DNA of 50,245 nucleotides from an uncultured Candidatus Saccharibacteria bacterium (GTDB lineage: Bacteria > Patescibacteriota > Minisyncoccia > Phycocordibacterales > DATDWN01), in NCBI GenBank assembly GCA_964616425.1, contig CAZTQY010000002.1, positions 68,910 through 119,154 of the forward strand, written 5' to 3'. The notes beneath the pieces are model-generated. The model saw nothing but the letters and a program-made list of their open reading frames with translations. It had not been told where the DNA came from and searched no databases. Numbering within the stretch: the first letter of the stretch is position 1; each line of letters begins with the position of its first letter. Below, piece by piece: positions 44,592 to 50,245 of this stretch. A program made the translations under genes and the position numbers.

Positions 44592-47252
44592 TTAATATTG
44601 TATAAGCAACGCTCTAACTTTAATATCATCACCTATGTCTGTAGTTGTATATCTTATGTAAGTTGTTTCGTTAGTTTTGTCTAGAAAATCATATGTGTCC
44701 CAAGTAGATCCATCATCAGTAGACTTTTCGAATGTTCCATATGAATGGTTTGTAGTGTCGTCAGTCAAAAGTTCTCCATCTGTTTCTGCATTATAGAAAA
44801 TAACTTTCAATCTAGGCACAGTCGAACCAAAAGCAGTAGAGAATCTCCAAGCAAATATCTTGCTTGTTATCGAAGAATGCGCGACAGATGGCTGATAGTG
44901 ACTATCTGTTGTATTGTCTTCATAAGTACAACATATATTATATACACGATCAGGTAGACACAAAGCACCTATAACTCTAAATTCAATAGCAAACTGAACT
45001 TCATCTCCAGCTAACGCACTTGAGATATTCCCAGTCTGATCTACGAGTGTCCATGTTCCAGAGTTATCACTAATACCAGATGTTCGATAATATATTCTTA
45101 TTGGCTCTGTTGGTAAAGTTAAACCCCCATCTCCCAAATACCCTGCTGTATTTACAAAAACTCTGGACAACTTCACAGCATTTGTTGTGGAAAGTGCAGG
45201 TGTTATCAAACGTTGATTTACTGAACCACCTGCATATTGCCAATCCGCACCAAGAGGTACCGCATACATGATGTTTGTAGTGGAGGCAGTACCGGTACGC
45301 ACCATATAAACTAACCCAGCTTGAGACCAGACAGACAATAGAGCCCCTTGGGGACTTGGGTGTGGCACTGAATTTGAATCCGCTGTTGATTGATCCTGTT
45401 GTGCTGTGTCAGCTAGAAACATATGATCAAATTGATAAGATCCCGAAGCATCGTATTTTGTAATATATGCTCGGTGATGTGCTGTAGTTCCTCCAGCGCC
45501 AGTAGATGTAATGATTAGTCTATCTATCTGATCTGCTATTTCCACTCCGGTCATAAGTGAAGAAGCTGTATATGTTCCAGAACCACCAGTTGGAACTTCT
45601 GTCATTGAATCTGAAACCCAAGAACTACTTCCTTGGGTAATCTGAGATGTAGGTGCTCTGTGTATACGAGTAGTTGCAGCAAAGTATAAACATTCCTCCC
45701 CTGCACCAGGTCCATGAGAAAGTGTTCCAACACGACCATTATTAGTTTGAGTTACTGTTCCAGTTACTGTCTGAGTAGCAGTAGTTAATACCCAAGCAGA
45801 TGCAGCCTTACCAGCCTCTACTCCACCCAATGTACTTAAATCTGCTCTAAAATTATATTTATAAACTTGAGGGGTGGTTGCCGCTTGAAGCTCAATTATA
45901 TAAGCATACTGTGATGTCCAGCTTGTACGATCACCTAAAGCCAAACCACAAGAAATACCATTACCTCCAACAATCACATAAGCAGATCCTCCTGGCACAG
46001 TAGTTGCAGATGAAATAGTTATACCTGTAGTAGATCCGACAGCGGTAATTGTAAACCATTCAGTAATAGCCAGTGGGTTGGTAGAGCCGAAACCAATCAT
46101 ACAACCTAGGTGCGTAGCTGCAGCCCAAGAAGTACCAGCACCAGTTACAGCAGTAGTTCCAGGCACAGTTACCGTACCTGTAGAATATACTAAATCCAAA
46201 TCAACCAAACTATAAACAGCCTTAGCCTTATCAACAGTTGTTGCTGCTGCAATAGTGGTTCCACCAACAACAAAGTCATCATAAGAAACTCCATTTACCA
46301 TTGATAAGCCTCCTGCGGCAATTACGACGGATGTTGTAGACGTTAATATTTTTAAATCTTCAATAACATACGCCGTACTTGAAGCGACTGTAATATTTGC
46401 AGCAGTACCTCCAGTACCACTAGCAGTAATATTTGCTTGAATTGTTATTGAAGTATCAGAAGATACAGCGTTTACATAATACCAAGTTGATATTTGTGTA
46501 GGATCAGAACTGCCAAAACCGATACGAGAACCAATTGCTATACGATCTGAGGACCATGTAGTACCAGAACCAGTAACTGTGGCACCAGAAACTCCAACTG
46601 TACCAGTTGTATATTTATCGTACACAGCTCGCATGCCTCTTATAGTTTGGTTACCACCTCCAGTTGGATAAGTGATAGTAATAAATCCTCTCCAAGTAAA
46701 CAAAGATGTCATTCTGTCGTACAAAAAACAAGATATACGTCGAGTTGCAGCTGCTGTTGCAAGATCTGCTAAAAATACCCAATCCTTTTTAACTTCTTTG
46801 TCAATAATAAATGATGTACCACCAGCAATTGTCCCAGCAGAAACTGAAATTGACAAAGAAGTATCAGAAGAAATAGAGCTTATAGAGTACCAGGTAGTAA
46901 TATCTGCTTTACTTGTTGAACCAAAACCAATGCGTGCTCCGATTGGCACACCATCAGCAAGCCATCCTGTACCGCTACCAGTAACAGATGTAGAGGAAAC
47001 GCTGACAGTACCTGTAGTATAAAAACCTTCTTTGTTTACCCAAGAAATAACGTGAGGGTAAGTAGAGGGAATTGCCGTACCAGTTTCGTTCGGACGACCA
47101 ACTCCTATTTTTGCCGGTCCAGCAAAATTATCAGTGACGCCTGCCCCACTATATTGTTCAATCAAATCCCCCATTGTTGTTAAAGAAGGATCATACGCAT
47201 CATAATGTGTAGTAACTCCTGAAAAAATATGTTCTATTGCCCTTTTTGCCAT
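44592..47252 (-). CDS. Large T/S/G/A-rich protein with a threefold roughly 58-aa repeat and no signal peptide (hypothetical)
   Basis: 886 aa. The repeats are Y(T/S)TGTVxVxxxxVTGxGTxW...IGxxIGFGSxxxxxIxxW(Y/F)xIxxVxSxTxIxI at aa 78-136, 214-271 and 356-414 (nt 46011-47021). Confidence 0.6.
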   Translation of the reverse strand: MAKRAIEHIFSGVTTHYDAYDPSLTTMGDLIEQYSGAGVTDNFAGPAKIGVGRPNETGTAIPSTYPHVISWVNKEGFYTTGTVSVSSTSVTGSGTGWLADGVPIGARIGFGSTSKADITTWYSISSISSDTSLSISVSAGTIAGGTSFIIDKEVKKDWVFLADLATAAATRRISCFLYDRMTSLFTWRGFITITYPTGGGNQTIRGMRAVYDKYTTGTVGVSGATVTGSGTTWSSDRIAIGSRIGFGSSDPTQISTWYYVNAVSSDTSITIQANITASGTGGTAANITVASSTAYVIEDLKILTSTTSVVIAAGGLSMVNGVSYDDFVVGGTTIAAATTVDKAKAVYSLVDLDLVYSTGTVTVPGTTAVTGAGTSWAAATHLGCMIGFGSTNPLAITEWFTITAVGSTTGITISSATTVPGGSAYVIVGGNGISCGLALGDRTSWTSQYAYIIELQAATTPQVYKYNFRADLSTLGGVEAGKAASAWVLTTATQTVTGTVTQTNNGRVGTLSHGPGAGEECLYFAATTRIHRAPTSQITQGSSSWVSDSMTEVPTGGSGTYTASSLMTGVEIADQIDRLIITSTGAGGTTAHHRAYITKYDASGSYQFDHMFLADTAQQDQSTADSNSVPHPSPQGALLSVWSQAGLVYMVRTGTASTTNIMYAVPLGADWQYAGGSVNQRLITPALSTTNAVKLSRVFVNTAGYLGDGGLTLPTEPIRIYYRTSGISDNSGTWTLVDQTGNISSALAGDEVQFAIEFRVIGALCLPDRVYNICCTYEDNTTDSHYQPSVAHSSITSKIFAWRFSTAFGSTVPRLKVIFYNAETDGELLTDDTTNHSYGTFEKSTDDGSTWDTYDFLDKTNETTYIRYTTTDIGDDIKVRALLIQY

Positions 47253-47261
47253 TTGTTAAAA

Positions 47262-47888
47262 TTAAATTTCTAAATAATCAATATTAATTTGTACTGTAGT
47301 TGTTCCTGATATCACACAGTATAGCACCTCATCGACTCCACCTTCAATATAATTTGGATGATTGTTAGCACCATACAATCCTCCAGTCTTTGGTGAGACA
47401 TATTTTTCATGATCTGTGCCTCCAGATGTAAATCGAAATGAAACTGAAGTTGCATCTGCAGTTAAAGAAAACCTATTTGCATACACCCGAATTTTTTTTC
47501 CAGAAGATGGAGTAAGAACGTTGCCAGAAGATGCCAGACTTGTAGAAAGTTTTGTGACACCTTGACCAGATATGAGAGAAGCCAGAGTTTCCTCTGTAGC
47601 AGGACTAACTCTTGTATTAGAAGCATTTTTAAGACCTACAACATTAGATGTTGGAGCGTTACCTAGGACGTAAGCTTCTGTTTTCTTTGGTAAAACTTGA
47701 GAAGCAACAATACCCAAACCAGTAATTCCGGCAATTTTTAAAAATAACCTCTTATGGTTATCTACAGATTCTTTCTTGACTCTAACTTTTTTATTTGCAA
47801 TATTTGCCTTTTTATTTTCAAAAGCAAAATCGCCTAATTTTTTATTAGATACAAACCTAAAAGAATATTTAGTTGGTAAAATTTTCAT
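47262..47888 (-). CDS. Hypothetical exported or anchored protein with a Tat-like KRLFLK signal and a beta-rich C-terminal domain
   Basis: A Lys-rich 45-aa N-region is followed by KRLFLK-IAGITGLGIVASQVL-PKKTEA (nt 47673-47753). It is the first gene of the operon that also contains tatC and tatA. Confidence 0.5.
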   Translation of the reverse strand: MKILPTKYSFRFVSNKKLGDFAFENKKANIANKKVRVKKESVDNHKRLFLKIAGITGLGIVASQVLPKKTEAYVLGNAPTSNVVGLKNASNTRVSPATEETLASLISGQGVTKLSTSLASSGNVLTPSSGKKIRVYANRFSLTADATSVSFRFTSGGTDHEKYVSPKTGGLYGANNHPNYIEGGVDEVLYCVISGTTTVQINIDYLEI

Positions 47889-47990
47889 CTGCAGTAGATT
47901 TTCTTTATTATAATATTTTTTAGAAAATATAAATATGAAAAGTTATCCACATTTTTCTATAAATATCCAAAAATTATAGACTAAAGTCGT

Positions 47991-48566
47991 TTAGTACACC
48001 CTCCTTCCCCATTTTTCAAATTTTGCAACCCACTTTTCTCGATGTTCTGTTGAAATTTTTTTCATTGGCCCACATTTTTGCATTCTAGTGTTTATTCCAG
48101 CAAACCAAAGTATACCGTCTTGTATTTCGTTTGTATTATCTCCAAAAAGAAACCTCGCGAGTATCGGTCTAGAGTCAGAAGTAACAAAGACTCTTCCTGT
48201 TCGTCCTTTCAAAAGCTTATTCCAACCAAGACCGTTTGGTTTAAATTTGTACGCAAAGCCTGGAAGCCATACTCTATCAAACAGTCCCTTTAGTAATGCG
48301 GGCATTGTAGACCACCAAGAAGGATAGATAATCACTAAATGATCACACCATCTAACATCTTCTTGAAACTTCAGTAGATCAGGCTCAAGAGCCTGTATAA
48401 CCTTGTATCCCTTGTGAAGTATTGGATCAAACTGCATATCACCGAGATTTGCTCTCCTGACTTCATGACCAGCCTCCCTAGCACCTTTTGCATAACTATC
48501 TGCCAACTCACAACACATTGATTCTGTATCCGGGTGACCCAATAAAACAAAGATTTTTTTAGACAT
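47991..48566 (-). CDS. Flavodoxin-like-fold NAD(P)H oxidoreductase (quinone reductase / KefF-like family)
   Basis: KIFVLLGHPDTESMCCELADSY...HLVIIYPSWWSTMPALLKG is typical of the Flavodoxin_2 family. Confidence 0.7.
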   Translation of the reverse strand: MSKKIFVLLGHPDTESMCCELADSYAKGAREAGHEVRRANLGDMQFDPILHKGYKVIQALEPDLLKFQEDVRWCDHLVIIYPSWWSTMPALLKGLFDRVWLPGFAYKFKPNGLGWNKLLKGRTGRVFVTSDSRPILARFLFGDNTNEIQDGILWFAGINTRMQKCGPMKKISTEHREKWVAKFEKWGRRVY

Positions 48567-48575
48567 GTGTATATA

Positions 48576-48803
48576 TTACATCAATCCCTTCAAATCTGCT
48601 TCATACTTTTTAACCACCTTCATAGTAGCTGACATCTGGTCACTTCCTGTTCTTTTCATCTCTTCTTGAACCTCCATTCCTATTTTTTCAAATAAACCTG
48701 GATTTTTTTCTAGCATTGCAAAAACTTTGTCTTGATCCGCTTGTGGCACACCCTTCATCTGACTTGATAGCATTTTTTTCAATAAGAAATTTTTTATAGA
48801 CAT
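48576..48803 (-). CDS. Hypothetical small helical protein, 75 aa
   Basis: It sits 9 nt upstream of the oxidoreductase gene. I recognised no family. Confidence 0.4.
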   Translation of the reverse strand: MSIKNFLLKKMLSSQMKGVPQADQDKVFAMLEKNPGLFEKIGMEVQEEMKRTGSDQMSATMKVVKKYEADLKGLM

Positions 48804-48860
48804 ATTTTGTTTAATTTTATTTACCTCTTTAATATACTATATGCTATAATTTACTCAAAT

Positions 48861-49682
48861 ATGGCAGTAAAGGGTAAAAATAACAGGATGAAACTAAAGT
48901 ACACCGCAGGATTGTTGGCTTTATCAGCAACAAGCCTCGTAGTGATGATGTTCTACTATCATCTAGACTTTTCCCTACTAACATCACTCTCTTTTTATGA
49001 AAACTTGGCTAACCCCTCCGTTAGAATAGTTAGAATCCAAGAAGGTCTAAGAAAAGAACAAATAGCAGATATCTTTGGAGAAAAGTTGGGTTGGAGTGAT
49101 TGGAAAAAAGAAGAATTCATAAATGGGCATTTAGCTTTAAATAGTGAAGACCTAGAGGGTAGATACTTCCCAAAAACATACTTGGTCCAAAAAAATGAAG
49201 ACCCTATAGGCGTCACATCTACTATGCTCCATGAATTTACTAAAGAAACAGCAACAATCAAGAAACCGAAAGCTAGTTTAGTTCTAAATCAAGACACAGC
49301 AATAAAAATAGCTTCTATTATTCAAAGAGAGTCTGGTGGAAAAAGTGATATGAAATTGATTTCTGGCATTATATGGAATAGGCTTTTTGCTGGAATGAGA
49401 CTCCAAATAGATGCTACTTTGCAATACGCAAAAGGATCAGAGGAAGATGGATGGTGGACACGTGTGGATTCTGAAGATAAACGCATAGATTCTACATACA
49501 ACACATACAAATACTCAGGACTTCCACCAACAGCAATTTCAAATCCTGGCTTAGCCGCCCTAGATGCTGCGTATAACCCTCAAAAAACTTCTTGTCTTTT
49601 CTACCTTCACGATAAACACGGAAAAATACACTGTTCTGCAACTTACGAAGGACACAAAGCAAACATTAAAAAATATTTATAA
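48861..49682 (+). CDS. mltG: MltG/YceG-family endolytic transglycosylase, second paralog
   Basis: ASIIQRESG, GIIWNRL, NTYKYSGLPPTAISNPG and LFYLHD motifs. I chose the ATG at 48861 because a TATAAT (48845-48850) lies inside the TTG-started extension used by the ORF track. Confidence 0.8.
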   Translation: MAVKGKNNRMKLKYTAGLLALSATSLVVMMFYYHLDFSLLTSLSFYENLANPSVRIVRIQEGLRKEQIADIFGEKLGWSDWKKEEFINGHLALNSEDLEGRYFPKTYLVQKNEDPIGVTSTMLHEFTKETATIKKPKASLVLNQDTAIKIASIIQRESGGKSDMKLISGIIWNRLFAGMRLQIDATLQYAKGSEEDGWWTRVDSEDKRIDSTYNTYKYSGLPPTAISNPGLAALDAAYNPQKTSCLFYLHDKHGKIHCSATYEGHKANIKKYL

Positions 49683-49684
49683 TC

Positions 49685-49718
49685 AAAAAAACCGGGCGCC
49701 TAAGCGACCGGTTTGTTT
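49685..49718. terminator. Bidirectional hairpin terminator
   Basis: AAACCGG (49689-49695) pairs with CCGGTTT (49708-49714), with flanking A and T runs. It lies between convergent mltG and a small minus-strand ORF. Confidence 0.7.
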
Positions 49719-49720
49719 TT

Positions 49721-49894
49721 TTACTGCGGAAGAAATCCAGCAGTCATCGGGAACTTGGGACTAGCCACAAGCACATTCTGAATAGACTCAAAGAACACTA
49801 GGAGGGTGTTCTCGAATCCCGAGAATATTTTCGGGGTGAGGAACTTGAGTGTTAATATTAGCAAGCCAAACCCCAAAACTCGTAAAATTTTCAT
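49721..49894 (-). CDS. Possible small hydrophobic protein, 57 aa (not in the ORF track)
   Basis: My own translation: MKILRVLGFGLLILTLKFLTPKIFSGFENTLLVFFESIQNVLVASPKFPMTAGFLPQ. It has no SD. The terminator abuts the stop. Confidence 0.3.
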   Translation of the reverse strand: MKILRVLGFGLLILTLKFLTPKIFSGFENTLLVFFESIQNVLVASPKFPMTAGFLPQ

Positions 49895-50076
49895 ACGATT
49901 ATTTTTTGAGGAAGACTGAATGTTGCACCGACATGCAACACGGTGGCTAATACCACACTGCCCCCCTCTTCGCTTTTGACTAGTTTAATCAAAAAAGAAG
50001 AAAAGAGGTTCCAGTTATAAATACAATTTCAAAGTTCTTTACTCATATATTGTATCATTTTAAAATTTTATTACCA

Positions 50077-50104
50077 TTGACATTGTTTTAAATTCTCGTA
50101 GTAT
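50077..50104 (+). promoter_or_regulatory. Sigma70-like promoter candidate
   Basis: TTGACA (50077-50082), 16-nt spacer, TAGTAT (50099-50104). It lies upstream of the KGG-protein gene. Confidence 0.45.
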
Positions 50105-50130
50105 TCAAAACTGGTTTCAGGCCCAAGGAG

Positions 50131-50245
50131 GGGCCTATGAATGGAAGATCGCACAAACATGCGCGGATTCGCTTCGATGTCGCCGGAGAAGCAGCGTGAG
50201 ATCGCCAGCAAGGGTGGGCGTGCCGCTCACGAGCAGGGCAAGGCC
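50131..50245 (+). CDS. KGG-repeat general-stress-type protein (YciG-like), 5' part; continues beyond the window
   Basis: AAGGAGGGG lies 7 nt before the ATG. The translation is MEDRTNMRGFASMSPEKQREIASKGGRAAHEQGKA, which fits the xxGFAxMxxEKxREIASKGG pattern of KGG-motif stress proteins. It is the most G+C-rich stretch in the window. Confidence 0.6.

Noticed and set aside
43727-47888. A prophage remnant, because the GTVxV..VTGxGTxW repeat resembles phage fibre repeats.
   Set aside because: The window contains no integrase, terminase, portal, capsid or tail tube genes and no attachment-site repeats. The genes are embedded in a continuous operon with tatC and tatA. The phage resemblance is kept only as a remote-homology hypothesis.
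1-50245. tRNA or rRNA genes in the G+C-rich islands.
   Set aside because: I found no GGTTCGAATCC-type T-arm or cloverleaf-sized unit in any intergenic stretch, and nothing resembling rRNA. This is visual inspection only and should be confirmed with tRNAscan-SE and barrnap.

Overview
This is an AT-rich bacterial chromosomal fragment, roughly one third G+C by eye (not computed). Genes are short and tightly packed, mostly on the minus strand, and generally lack Shine-Dalgarno (SD) sequences. The gene content and style suggest a reduced-genome Patescibacteria/CPR-type organism; that is an inference and was not verified.

Recognisable core genes:
- A dcw fragment: mraY (5' end outside the window), ftsW, murG.
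- gltX and an M23 peptidase.
- A heat-shock set: grpE, dnaK, dnaJ.
- The ribosomal block infA-rpmJ-rpsM-rpsK-rpsD-rpoA-rplQ-rplM-rpsI.
- alaS (short form), family-4 UDG, two YfbR-like HD hydrolases, and an ATP-cone/PD-(D/E)xK protein.
- mnmA, two MltG/YceG paralogs, leuS, ychF, a cupin, and a flavodoxin-like NAD(P)H oxidoreductase.

I found no rRNA, tRNA, CRISPR array, transposase or integrase.

Four things stand out:
1. A ten-gene minus-strand operon (37031-47888). It combines tatC and two tatA copies with two membrane-anchored cohesin-like proteins, a 982-aa repeat protein ending in a dockerin, an 886-aa protein with a threefold internal repeat and no signal peptide, a small protein with a KR-type Tat-like signal, and two orphan ORFs.
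2. At least nine short, visibly more G+C-rich units wedged between core genes, including inside the grpE-dnaK-dnaJ set. Most carry strong SD sequences, and several have consensus-like TTGACA promoters and hairpin terminators.
3. An apparent 1-nt frameshift in rpmJ.
4. A roughly 197-nt candidate structured RNA between mltG and mnmA.
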